DNA of 64,000 bases, taken from positions 93,372,001 to 93,436,000 of the forward strand of contig NC_043001.1 of NCBI RefSeq assembly GCF_006345805.1, read 5' to 3'. Shown here in pieces: positions 38,083-51,840 of the stretch. Origin of the DNA: Octopus sinensis (Eukaryota). Under the pieces are notes generated by a model. The model had not been told where the DNA came from, ran no database searches, and saw nothing but the letters and a program-made list of their open reading frames with translations. The translations under genes were made by a program, and so were the position numbers. How positions within the stretch are numbered: the stretch's first letter is position 1; every line of letters starts with the position of its first letter.

Positions 38083-39037
38083 TAGAAATAGATTAATTCC
38101 CAATTATTGTATGTAATACATATATAATGTAATACAACAAAACTGTTGTTTCGGATCAATGTTAGCGACGCACAGAACAAGGGTGAATCGACATTTTTTT
38201 TCTTCTTATCTAAATTTCAACTTTGTCTCTGGGGATTCAATTGTCCTTGAACTCGCGTCGTCTATTAATTACAGCGTAGCCACTCGTTTGAGTGTAGACT
38301 AGGAAAGCTTCAATGATAGCATCTGAGTTAGATTTCAAAATTAGGTTTGTAGCTTTTACGTAACTCGTTGGTTTGCAGTACTGTAATTCGAGCACCACAA
38401 TAGCTTTGTAATAAGCGATATCTTGTGTTACAATATAATCACTGCATCGACCAAACAGCTCTGTTTTGTTATACACCATTGACCACAATGCTCTTATTTG
38501 CATTGTTGTAAATTTTGAATGATGGCACCCAATTGGCTAGGCGGAGTGGCATCCGTTCACCCGGAAAGAAACGTTATCTTGTCGCCAGATTACACACTCA
38601 GCTGAGAGGACTGCTTTTCACAAGAACGCAACGTCCTGCCAGCCTGAGAAACGAAACCACAAGGCCACGCACTTCCATAATACAGCATCATATTTTCAAT
38701 ATGCCTCAGTGTCTTGTAATATACCATAATATATTGTGATAGTCGGTGACATCATGTAATACACTGTAATACCTTGTAATATGATATGATACCTTAAATC
38801 ACAATATTTCTAATCCACAATAATATCTCGTATTATATCATATCTTGCATAATACCTCGCAAGAAATCCTGATAGCTTGTAATACACCTCAGTAGCTAGA
38901 AATATATTATATCTTGTAATGCACCAGTATATAATATACTTTAATATAATGTAATATACTTTAATACCTAGCAACACACCATAGCAACTTGTAATACATA
39001 ACAATATATTGCAATATTATCATCATCAAAATTAACA

Positions 39038-39242
39038 AGCTGGCAGAATGGTTAGCACGCCGTACAAAATGTTTAGAAGCATTTGAACCGTATTTACGTT
39101 CAAATTCAAATTCCACCGATGTCGACTTTGCCTTTCATCCTTTCCGGATCGATATAACAAGTTCCAGTTGAGCACTAATTTCGATGAAATCGATTTACTC
39201 ATTCCACGAGATTGCTGATCTTGCGCCAAAATTTGAAACCAA
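39038..39242 (+). mobile_element. SINE family B, diverged, tail 3
   Basis: AGCTGGCAGAATGGTTAGCACGCC...GTCGACTTTGCCTTTCATCCTTTC...GCCAAAATTTGAAACC. Confidence 0.8.
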
Positions 39243-39525
39243 TATTATCATCATGAATTTTTGACCAATCAAACTAACAATTGATCCGTCAGAAAAAGCA
39301 AAGAGATTACCGAGAAATCACACCCATCGTCTTAAGAAAAGGCATTGCTACATTACGTAATGTAATCTTTGACTAAAGGTTAAGCTAACCGTGATTTAGA
39401 TGCAGTTACATATTATCAGCAGAAGCAACAGCCGCAGCATCAATGAAGTGAAATTTACGGTGGCCATTTGTAGCTGGCTCAACTGAAACTACACCGTTGA
39501 AATCAACAGCTGCAGCAGCAGCAAC

Positions 39526-40123
39526 ACGGTCGTCTTGTAGTCGAGGGCTCTTCGTTGACGCCCGACACCACTGGTAGGTGGCTCTCGAAGTCGCTGGGAA
39601 TGGAGATCTCCAGGTCCAAATTCTTGAACGGCACGGAAGGAGACCACTCACCAGCCCACCATCACTACGTCGCAGCGAAAGCAGTGATCCACCGGGCACT
39701 TAAACCACCTCCCTTCAAACACGAAGGAGTCAAAAGAGGATCTACGGCGACCATGGAGATAAAGTGAGCAGAGCCGCTGATTCGTCTCTAACCAGGCATC
39801 AGCAGGTGACACTCAGCCGACTTAGAAGTGATCATCACCCAGACCTCAAGTACTGGCTCTACAAGATCGACCGAGCCATAAACAGAACCTGCAGAAAGTG
39901 CAGAGTGGGAGAGTAGACGTCGGAGAATGTCATCTACGAGTAGACGTCGGAGAATGCCATCGCCCGCCGCAAATGCCAACCCGCCCCCAGACGCTCTGTC
40001 CAGTGACCCTCTCCTTGTCCTTCGGATCTGGGAAAAGTGGACTTCCGCTTCCGACCTACCAGACGTCTCCCAACCCACAGAACTGTCGCAGTGAAATCAT
40101 CCTTACTCGTCTTGTTGCTCAAC

Positions 40124-40215
<92 letters not shown>
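39526..40215 (+). mobile_element. 5'-truncated non-LTR retrotransposon 3' end with CCHC zinc-knuckle relic and (CAA)n tail (I/Nimb/Ingi-like group)
   Basis: Translation IYGDHGDKVSRAADSSLTRHQQVTLSRLRSDHHPDLKYWLYKIDRAINRTCRKCRVGE*TSENVIYE. CpG-rich body, (CAA)n tail 40125-40167, GCAGCAGCAGCAAC present at both ends (TSD). Confidence 0.8.
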
Positions 40216-40692
40216 TGATTAAGCTGTCTAATAAAATCTCAATAACAATCGCGATCGTCACGACTGCGAGGAATATCAGTGTTAATTCTAGCTCTAACAT
40301 CTAGCTGGGTGCTGGTATGATTTAAGCACATTATCACCACAGTCACAATCATCACAAGGAGAATCGCATCGTCATTTAGACATACAAACAACAACAAGAC
40401 AAACATTGGCATTAACATCTTACATAATTACAGAGACTGTCACATCAATAAATCCCCTTAGAACCATCATCAAAGCGTTCATTACCATCATTAGATGTAA
40501 AACTATAATCGTTGTCATTGTCAGCATATACAATAGCAACGACACACTCCATCGACGATTGAAACACGACTATCGCTAATATAATTATCGTGTCTTTCAC
40601 ATCGTCGCTGTGGTCGTTGTCGTCGCCATCGACATTCTCCTCCTCCTCCTCCTCATCATCATCATCATCATATTTTCATCATCATCATCATC

Positions 40693-40734
<42 letters not shown>

Positions 40735-40833
40735 GGCATATATTGCATGTTATTTTCTTATTATTCTGTCCAGAACGCCTTAGAGCCTTGACGTCTAATA
40801 AAATCAATTAACTGTTACTTATTTGATTATTAA

Positions 40834-40875
<42 letters not shown>

Positions 40876-40914
40876 GTTATTACTATTATTATTATTAATG
40901 TTGTTGTTGTTGTT

Positions 40915-41132
40915 ATTCGAAGTGGCAAAAGGATTAGCGTGCCGGGAAAATGCTTAGCAGCATTTCCTCCATCTTAACATTCTGAGTTCAAATTCCGCCA
41001 TTCCGTCGAAGTCAACGTTACCTTTTATACTTCGGGGTGGATGAAATAAATAACAATTCTGCACTGGGGTCTATGTAATCGACTTATAACTCTTCACCGA
41101 AATTGGTGGTTTTGTGACAAAATTTGAAACCA
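40915..41132 (+). mobile_element. SINE family B, diverged, tail 3
   Basis: GGGAAAATGCTTAGCAGCATTTC...CTGAGTTCAAATTCCGCC...GACAAAATTTGAAACC. Confidence 0.75.
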
Positions 41133-41159
41133 TCAAAGTGAAACTGACGTAAAATATAC

Positions 41160-41640
41160 GGAAGCCCAGTATACACATCATGACTACCCGTCTGATAAGG
41201 GTACATCAGGCACATGCATCACGGCCATATGTGCGCGACATAGTGATCTCATATGACCTTGCAGCGCATGACCTTGCATATGGGGACCAGTTAGGATTTT
41301 CTTCAGGTCAAGTAGCCCATCCCTTTCAAAAGGTCCCTGAATAAAGATTGTCTAAGGATGATGAACAAAACACTCATATGTTTTGTTGTCCAAACCCCAA
41401 AGAATTCCTCTCAAAACATGGCTATCATTCTCCCCCACTACTTCTGCTCTTGATCAGGGATGCACATATCGTCAGCCACTGAGGGACATGCTCAACTGAT
41501 TAAGGTCAAGTAACTGACAAGCAAATCTGTGGTATTAAGCAGAATATTTGCTGTAGCGCATCTTTTATACCAAAGCAAAACAATGTGCATGATAATACTT
41601 CCAGTCAATTATGATCAGAAGTAATGAGAGTCACTGCTTA
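41160..41640. repeat. Unclassified interspersed repeat
   Basis: Recognised from memory as recurrent in octopus assemblies (ATGACTACCCGTCTGATAAGGGTAC...GAGAGTCACTGC). No second copy in the window, so it is not independently supported. Confidence 0.35.
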
Positions 41641-41994
41641 TTATTTTCTTTTGATCTGCATGTTTGGTACAATCACTTGCCGAAACACACCCAGCATCCT
41701 AGAACGAGTGAAGGACAAGAGATATTACAGTATAACTAGTATGACTGAAAGCTTAGTGAGAAGTTGCAGCAGCAGTAACGAAATATTTTGATGCAATACA
41801 ACACAGACATTTATATTAATAGGGTTTTTCTAAGGATGTGAACAGTACTTGCCAGCAGAATCTTTTGGATTTTTGAGACATGGTACTCCTGGGATGTTAT
41901 CTAGATATTTCTGACTCCCCTTTTTTCTTACCATACATAGGGCACCTACACTAACAGGAGCAGTTCTTGCTTTAAGATGGCACATATTTTGTGC

Positions 41995-42055
<61 letters not shown>

Positions 42056-42269
42056 TTTATTCTTATATTTCAATGTCAGAACCATTCAGCATTAAGCAAA
42101 AATTCTTTTCTGTATTCTTTCCCTCTCCTTATACTATGGGTTCAAAACCCGATAAAGCCAGCTTAGCCTTTTATTAGAGCCGATTTAAAAGACTGAGGTC
42201 CTTCCCACGAAATACTTGGCTTTATGCATAAATCATAAACCATTTTTCCTGAGCCTTAGGCTCACAAGG

Positions 42270-42475
42270 TCAGTTTCCCGGAATCTGTGGCGTATATATT
42301 GCTCACTGGACACTAAGGCGGTCCATTTTAGGATTACTCATTTATGTTCGTTGAGTGAAGTGGAGGAACCTGAAATGATGTGTTTTGCTCAAGAACACAT
42401 CGCATCACCCTGAATCGAAACCGCAATCTTACGATTACGTGTATAACACCCTAGCCAGTAAGCTATGCATCTCCA
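42270..42475 (-). mobile_element. SINE family C, diverged
   Basis: GTGTTTTGCTCAAGAACAC...GAATCGAAACC...CCAGTAAGCTATGC parallels 27400-27498. Confidence 0.6.
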
Positions 42476-42503
42476 CATTACATTATCATTAACATTCAGA
42501 TAA

Positions 42504-43135
42504 GGCGGTAAGTTGGTAGAAACGTTAGCACGCCGGGCGAAATGCTTAGTGTTATTTCGCCCGTCTTAACGCTTTGAGTTCAAATTCCGCCGAGGTCGAC
42601 TTTGCTTTTCATCCTTTTGAGGTCGGTAAATTAAGTACCAGTTACGCACTGGAGTCGATATAATCGACTTAATCGCTTTGTCTGTACTTGTTTGTCCCCT
42701 CTATGTTTAGCCCCTTGTGGGCAATAAAGAAATAAGAATCGTTAGCACACCGGGCGAAATGCTTAGTGGTATTTCGTCCGTCTTTGCGTTTTGAGTTCAA
42801 ATTCCGCTGAGGTTGACGTTGTCTTTCATCCTTTTGGGATCGATAAATTAAATACCAGTTGCGTACTGGAGTCTATCTAATTGACTGGACCACTCCCCAA
42901 AATTTCGGTCCTTGTGCCTAGAGTAGAAAATATTAATATTGAGGTAAGTTTGCGAGGTGGCAGAATCGTTAGCATGCCGAGCGAAATGCTGAGTGGTATT
43001 TCGTCCGTCTTTGCGTTCTGAATGCAAATTCCGCTTTCATCCGTTCGCGATCGAGAAATTAAGTACAAATGAAACACTGGAATCGATGTCCCCTCTCGAC
43101 AAAATTTCGGGCCTTGAGCCTTTAGTAGAAAGGAT
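42504..43135 (+). mobile_element. SINE family B tandem trimer (42504-42734 tail 1; 42735-42930 tail 2; 42951-43135 tail 2 with internal deletion)
   Basis: Three successive head and core matches to 4191-4421. Confidence 0.9.
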
Positions 43136-43449
43136 TATTAGTATTCAAATATTAAGGCACGTATAGTAACTACATATGAATGCAGAGTTTGAGACTTATA
43201 AAAGGGAGCTTATATGGGTTAATAGCCTTGTCGATTTGAGAACTCTGAGATGATGAAGCTGTTTAGTACAAGCCAACGGTAATCATGTAGATACATTGTC
43301 GAAGTTGCGCTAGACTAGAGTGTATGGGTCTGTAGGAAATCATCATCTAATGTGTCCTTTCGTTATTTAAACGATAAGGAGAGATTTCAGAAAGATTTGG
43401 CCAAGCGACAACAAAACAAAACAAAAAAAAATAAATATCGTTGTCCTTG

Positions 43450-43900
43450 GTTGAACAACTGAAATGCTTTATTATTGTCTTAAATAAGCCGACGAAGAAA
43501 ATAGCTTTCCGAAATTTTGTGTAGTGTCTGTATCGTGGAATTGGTTACACAGTGGTGGATGGGTTGATCCTAAAAGCTTGGTTATGTCTCTGAAACACTC
43601 CCTCCTCTATTATTTACTGTCATCTCTGACACCACTCACATCTATGCAGCTGATTCTACTTTTCGCAACGTGTATAAACAACATCCACATACATCAAATC
43701 AACCAACGCACGTCAAAAGACTGTCTTTATTAACGGAGACCTTCAAAGCATTGCTACATCTCACACTGGGATACATCAATCTTTCAACATCAAATATCTA
43801 TAATCAAAAGACACACAAGAGATGCAACCGCACACGTCAGCCTCTACATTTATCGACTACGTGCACTTTAAAGTGTCAAAATCTCAACAAAAACAAGAAA
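43450..43900 (+). mobile_element. Decayed CR1/L2-like reverse transcriptase fragment
   Basis: VVDG...ETLPPLLFTVISDPTHIYAADST (P-LF...H-YADD-T) and FINGDLQSI...FN in shifting frames; same type as 55-345. Confidence 0.55.
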
Positions 43901-44329
43901 TAACTTTTCCCTTGATAATCTCACATAATAATATTATTAAAAAAGACTACATCAAAGGTAAATTAACCCCTCCCGGAACGTAAAACAATTCCCTTCTTAG
44001 CCCTTCTTTTTTTTTATCCGCAACTACAAACTCCTATCTGCGTAAACATACGTGTGCAAGTTTATATGTAAACATGTACGCATGTGTATGGTAGCGAAGA
44101 AGCAACATATGGCAGTTTACAATATATCTAGAAAATGATCCTTAGACAGAAATAGGAGAGCAGAAACTCTCACTGCAGTCGAACCCTTTATCTCTTGCAC
44201 ACACACACACACGCACACAAACAACGTACATAAACGTACTCCACCTGCCTTCGTCTTTTGCTTATTTTCGTAACCCTTCCCGTTATATACAGATATATAC
44301 ATATACGTACATACATTACTGTTTATGAC

Positions 44330-44368
44330 AATATATATAGATACATATATATACATACATATATATAC

Positions 44369-44401
<33 letters not shown>

Positions 44402-44522
44402 CATACATATATATATACATACATATATATATATATACATACATACATATATATATACATACATACATACATATATATATATACATACATACATATATAT
44501 ATACATACATACATACATACAT

Positions 44523-44566
<44 letters not shown>

Positions 44567-44668
44567 ATGCACATGCATTTACTTCAGTGTGTTGTGTGCA
44601 AACGATTTGAATATAAAAAAGCACGATTTTACACCTACAGAAACACAAAATAAAATTCCACCACCACC

Positions 44669-44710
<42 letters not shown>

Positions 44711-44723
44711 ACTACTACTACTA

Positions 44724-44767
<44 letters not shown>

Positions 44768-44785
44768 ATAATAATAATAATAATG
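44330..44785. repeat. (TA)/(TACA)n array followed by (CAC)(CTG)n(CTA)n(ATA)n graded trinucleotide tract
   Basis: Directly visible. Confidence 0.9.
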
Positions 44786-45365
44786 GCAACAACAAGAAAT
44801 ATAAAATGACAACAAAACGGAACGAAAGTATTCAGCCGAATTTGGAGGAAGATAATAAGTATGAGGAGAAGGAAGATAATTTGTGAAGTAGGTGAATATA
44901 CAACTAGTTTATCTTGAACAAATTATTCATTGCGAGGCCTTTAAATGTCGATGTGTCAGATCTTCCATAGAAAATGAAGCTCGGATCAATGTCATTCATA
45001 TTTAATGGCTGCTATCAGTATCTCTGTATCACAAATAAGAGAGAGTGTATGTCACAGAAATCCACTTACCTACACACATCTATACACTAGCACTATATAT
45101 ATATATATATATTATATATATATATAATGTGAGTGTGTAAGTATGTATGGTACATATATGTGTGTGTATATGTAGACATTGGAATTAATACACGCACTCA
45201 AACATACAGCCAGACGCACATATATATGTATGTATAAACACACACATTCACAGACATATATATATATATATAATATGCACATACATACATGAATATACAC
45301 GCACACACACATATATACACTTATACGTATACACACACATATATACACACATATAGATATATCTT

Positions 45366-45557
45366 CTTTTACTTGTTTCAGTAATGTGACTACGGCCATG
45401 CTGGAGTACTGCCTTTAGTCAAACAAATCGACCTCAGCACTTTTCTTTTTCAGCATAGTACTCTCCTTTGCAAAACCGTTAAGTTATGGGGACGTAAACA
45501 CACCAACATCAGTTGGCAAGCAGTTGTAGGGGACAAACACAGACACACAAATACATG

Positions 45558-45614
<57 letters not shown>

Positions 45615-45774
45615 GATTGGCTTTTTCAGTTCCGGCTACCAAATCCCTCACAAGGCTTTGGTCATCCCGAGGGTAATCTAGAAGGCACTTATCTAAGTTG
45701 CCAATCAGTGGGACTGAACTCGGAACCATGTGATTGGGAAGGATGCTTCTTTTTACAAGGCTATTCCTGCGCCT
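45366..45774 (-). mobile_element. SINE family A, diverged, with expanded internal (TA)n
   Basis: Reverse-complement match to 30285-30705 along its length. Confidence 0.85.
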
Positions 45775-45782
45775 CTTTCTCT

Positions 45783-45866
<84 letters not shown>

Positions 45867-46817
45867 CACATATATGCGCGCGTGTGTGTGTGTGTAAATT
45901 TGGGCTTGCCTGCCTCTGAAAAGGGAATGTGGGTAATTACATAAGTATGTAAATGCGTGTATTTCAGAGCATGAAATCTGTGAGTGTACATTTGTGATCT
46001 TGGTATACACGTCTATAAACTTAACTATTTACCTTGATATTTTCTTACAGATTTGTAAATGCAGTAATGTTTAAATTTCCCATTTAAAATAGTTATATTC
46101 TATGTAAAAAAAAAAAAAAGTCAGATTTCGTTACACTGTGGTATATAAGTGCACAATTCTGGGTTTGGACATGCATGCACCTAAATTTCATTTTGTACAC
46201 TTATTAGAGGCCATGCGTGTTTATGCTTGCATGTGTCAATATATTCCTGCTCAGAAAGATTTGGAGTCAGATTACCAATACATATTACGAATAGAAGTTT
46301 GAATTAACTTCGTATTTGACCACATTCAGACGTTGTAAAAGTCAGATCAATTATTTGTTTCCCATGTGGAATAGTAAGTAGACTAAATCGATTAAATGGT
46401 GTGGCTTGCTGTTCTTTAATGAATGTCCGAAAGAGTAAACAGTAACCTATTACAACTAACTAAACAATCACACGACAGCACGACCGACTATCCAACCAAC
46501 TTGATGCTTATGAGTCAGTCTATAAAGGTTGTGAGTAAGTAATTATACATTTAGTAACGCGACGACAGGAGAATAAACAACCTGTTTCTTTCCCAAAAAC
46601 CAAACAATAGAATAATACTAAACAAATGCATGTTATTGCGAGGAAAATGCAGTGATGTACACGCTTACGGCTATATACATTCTGAACCAATGTTCGACAG
46701 GATCGATGTAATAATATAGCAAGCATGGACTGAGGTCGATAAAATTGGCTGCATCAACTTATAAATTTAGAAAGAAAAAAGACTACAGAGTCAATGGTTT
46801 CAACAAATCGTAACGAC

Positions 46818-46853
<36 letters not shown>

Positions 46854-47252
46854 CTCTCTCTCTCTGTCACACACACATATATACATATATCTATATACAT
46901 ATATATACAAATGTAAGTTACAAGTGCATATTTAGGTTTCTGCCTAACAACCAATTCAATGATTTTACTAAGATTTGGTGTACATGAAGTACCTGTGCAG
47001 GTGAATAATTTTCAGTGGGCGTAGCTTGCACTGCACCCCCACCCAAATGTACACACACACACACACACTCACACATGCACACACATATATATATATATGT
47101 ATAGAGGTTATGAGAGCTAATGGTGTTAATAAGACCCAATGGTGCCAGGTAATCCTGAGTAAGTGCTATGGACAGACTATAGTTAAGCTTCAGGTTCGGT
47201 GATTATGCAAACGAGGAGTCCAAACATATATAGAAATGATATACATGTATAT

Positions 47253-47333
<81 letters not shown>

Positions 47334-47618
47334 CGGACCTATACGCTGACGGGAGCAACTGAACTGTCTGCTCTTGAATAAACGCGTAAGGGATTGAACA
47401 TTCCATTGATATGTGAACACTTAAACTTAATTCTCTGTCAGAATCAATGTGACTCATGGTATATTGACGAAGCTGTACTCTTTGAATCACAAATGTAGTC
47501 CACACGTCGGTCTCAGTACAGTTTCCATTTACCGTATGTCACTTGTAAGATATAATTCGATTAAAGAAACACCTTTTATCTAAGAGCTTATGTAAAGTAA
47601 ACAATTCAACCAGCCAAA

Positions 47619-47667
<49 letters not shown>

Positions 47668-50600
47668 ACACACACACACACACACTCACACACACACACA
47701 TTTATATGTATATATATTTCCGCGTGTGTGTACCGAGATAGAACGTTTGGACCAGAAAAATATTTGATCGGAGAAACGAATGAATAAAACGATTAGTCAA
47801 GGAGAGAAGAAAGAAAATAAGCTTGCAAGTAACAAATGATTTATCACGAACCCTGTGAAATGATAAGCCGATGGCCTAACTTACAAATGAACTATCAACC
47901 TTTATAAGCAAAGAAAGAAGCGCCTAGATTTAATCAACCGTCCCAGGAAACGATGGATTAAAGAAGAATTTAATTACAAGTATATGAAATAAATGAATCA
48001 CTCGAGCGAAAGAACTAATTATGTGAGAAAAGAAAATAACCAAAACCATTGAATACATTTTTATTCATTTGTTTGGTGCGGACGTATTGAAATGATGTGG
48101 AGATATTGAAATACTGTCAAGTTTTCTCACTTAAGGACTTCTTTATAATAAATTAAGGTAGTTTTGTTTCTGGTCTTTGTTATGTTAAACTCACGAAAGA
48201 AATTAGTTTGCAGTGCGGTAATATAGGTGGGGGTCATCTCAGATTATGTGAAAGCTTGTAAACGTTCAATGGATGTAGCAACTAAATTTTCCTCATTTCA
48301 TACCTTCCGTCTGAAAGAAGAAAATGTTGGATAATGCAGTACTAGAGAGACTGAAAATGGGTAAGTGGTATGTCGCCTTTAATCAACTTGCTAGATAAGG
48401 GTTAGTCATGTGTTGGACAACAAAGGTAGTAGCTGCAGTTATGCAAATTATCCACGTTTCCAATTTATATTGAGTGAACTCATGCCGCGAAATCTAATTG
48501 TCATAACCTGTAATGTGACATGAAAGATAGCTTACGCTCCAACGATTATTGAAATTTTACAAAGTTCAAGTAAAGAACACAGTGGAGTGGTGTTTCCACT
48601 GCAGGGGCAGTGCTGTTATTTGGCACTCAGACATCCTGGAACTCATCCACCGAAGGACCACTCGACTGAGTCACTAACAGACACGTTCCAATGTCTGTCT
48701 CTCAGGCATTCTGACACCTCTCTCTGTCTTTTCTGCACTTTTGAAATTTCATGCTCATGTCATTCCTGTAGTTGTTGACCTGCACAATTTTAAAGACATC
48801 ATCTACATGATCAAACGCACCGGTCGGATAACTTAACAAGGGAATAAGCAATGCTCCTTTCTCCAGCCTCAACAAATAAGACAGATACAAAATTTTTGTC
48901 AATTTGATTATTTTCTAGTCCAGAAAATATTTTTGATAGATGAATATTCTGAAATCTTTGAAATTAAATGAAAAGTGAAGGTAACTCAATTGCTACTTTT
49001 CCTTTTATTTTGGTTGTTTTTTCGATCTTGTAAATTTCATATTTGGAATTTTGTATCACAAGTGTCATTGAGGTCAAACAAATAGTATGGAATGGATTAA
49101 CATTTGACAAAAATAAATTCGATTCTTGTGAATCGTAACATGGCTTTAACTGTATTGTAGATATATACACAGTTGGAGAAGGGGCGACATTTTACTATAA
49201 AAGAAAAGAAGACAAGATGAAGAGGAGATTTCTACATTCAGATATGTCAAACAGCGAGGAAACGGCAGGGAAAGATAAGAGGAATACGATAAACAATCAG
49301 AATGGAAATGAAGCTGTTGCTATTGCGACGATGCTGATGTTGATGATAGCAACAAAAACAACAACAGTAAAAATAAATAAGGTAAAATATCCAAAAGGAA
49401 TGAAATATAAACAGTTAAAGAATTCTAGTTTATAAGTGAAATGGTATTAGATACCGAAGCCAGCGAAGACTAAATAACCACCATTTCTGCCAATTCCTAT
49501 CTTTCTTTGACTTTCATTCATTCATTCTTTCTTTTATCTTTCTATCTTTCTTTTGTTCTTACCCTTGTTGTTGTTGTAGTTAGACATTTTCAAATTAAAA
49601 TTGAACATAAATAACAACACAAAGAAAAAATACAATAGTACAAATTCAAAGATGGTACGTGTCTCTGTTTCTGAGTGAGTGCGTACACCCACCGACACAC
49701 ACATACGCACAAACACACACACACAAGCACACACATGATGTGATTTATATATATATATTTGTGTGTGTGTGTTGTGTGTGTGGGTGAATGTGTGAGCATG
49801 TATGCGTGCGTGGGAAAGTATAAAACATACCAAAGATTTTACAGATTCAAAATAAAATGGAAGACATAAATGTTAAGAAATGGCGACAGTAAATAGACGA
49901 TTCCCAGGCTGTAAATTAAAATTTATCCTGGACAACAGAATCAACGATGTCAAACAGCGGCAAAATGAAGAAAAATGGTGTATGTCGCAATGAGACGCTA
50001 AACAGAACTATAAACTATTGTTTACAGTTTCTTTGTGCCAATTTACTGTCTATCGACTTCTCACATAGTTTTCTTTCTCACATCTTCATTCTGTGCCATT
50101 CCTACACTTTTCATCAGTGTTCAGAAAATATATTGCGAATAAGCTTGCTATGCAAAATGGCGTATATATGTGAGTTTCGACACAGTATTCATTAGTGTGT
50201 GAGAAATTGCGTGTTTGCGCCGTCTTGTAGCTATATATGTCGGTGCTGTAATTTGTATGAATGCGTTTATGACCTGAAGATACCTGATTGTATTAATATT
50301 AATACAGCTGTGGAAGCCTACTTCATGATAAATACATGCAGACTCGCCCACATGCACACACACATAAAGTTAAAGGTGGGAGTATTGAATGGCTACCGTA
50401 CTTGGACAATGAAAGAAAAATACTGAGATACTCGTAAGTCAGACTCAAAGAAAAGGTGAAAATGTTTCAAGAAATTTAAGTTTAATTACATGATTTCTAT
50501 AAATTGTCTCCCCTTTTCTTGGAAAATTCTTTCGAGTTAGCTTTATGGTTTTGTTTGATTTCTCCAAATGCGAAGAGAAATTTCAGTGAACGGAGGACGA

Positions 50601-50763
50601 TATTTTAGCAGTACGTCATAGACTGGCAGCCAATTCGAAGTAATGTGCAAGAAAAGGGAGACTGGCTTCAATATTTTTCTTCTTTTCCCAAGTGTTGTGG
50701 TTATTAAAAACATCATCCTGTAACTTTATGAGTGCATGTGTGTGTGAGTGTTGTGTCCGTGTG

Positions 50764-50940
<177 letters not shown>

Positions 50941-51410
50941 CTCTGCTTCTTTTCGTCTGACTTTCTATATATTTATCTATCTAACTGTCAACACACATAC
51001 ACACACACACAAACACGTGCGCACACAAGCACGCACACAACACACACACATACACACACACATACGTAAGCTTCGTGTTACTTTACGAAGCGGTGCAGCT
51101 TACCAAACATTTCGACACGAATCAAATATAATAAACGACTCCAAGTCGTTGTTGGAGTATTCGAAGTTCTTTTAACTGACGAAGGCTCAGTAATGGATTC
51201 ATTTTATATTCAATATTACGTAAACCTCAAACGTATGTATTAAGTACACACACACACACACACACGCACGTTTATTATCCCAGTGATTGGTATCTGAAGC
51301 TGGATATCTATTTCAGGTTTCACTCTTGCCCTAGTTGTTCGCAATTTTTGAGTAGCCCAGAAAGGTGAAAAATTATAATGGACAGTTAAATGTTAATATA
51401 AACATACCAA

Positions 51411-51840
51411 GGAGGCTAGCTGGCATAAACGTTAGCACACCGGGAGAAATGCTTAGCAGTATTTCGTCTGTCTTAACGTTCTGAGTTTAAATTTCCCGAG
51501 GTCAACTTTGCCTTTCATCTTTTCGGCGTCGATAAATTAAGTACCAGTTACGCACTGGGATCTATGCAATCGGCTTAATCCGTTTGTCTGCCCTTGTTTG
51601 TCCCCTTTATGTTTAGCCCCTTGTGGGCAATAAAGAAATAGGAAACGTTAGCACGCCGGGCAAAATGCTTAGCAGTACTTCGTCTGTATTTACGTTCATT
51701 GTTCAAATTCCACCGAGGTCAACTTTGCCTTTCATTCTTTAGGGGTCGATAAATTAGGTACCAGTTGTGTACTTGGGTCGATCTAATCGACTTCCCCCCC
51801 ACCGAAAGATTTCGGGCCTTGTTTCCAGAGTAGAAATAAA
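51411..51840 (+). mobile_element. SINE family B tandem dimer (51411-51640 tail 1; 51641-51840 tail 2)
   Basis: Junction AATAAAGAAATA-GGAAACGTTAGCAC, same architecture as 42504-42930. Confidence 0.9.

Noticed and set aside
42504-43135. CRISPR-like or satellite array
   Set aside because: The units are roughly 200-bp SINE copies without unique spacers, in a eukaryotic context.
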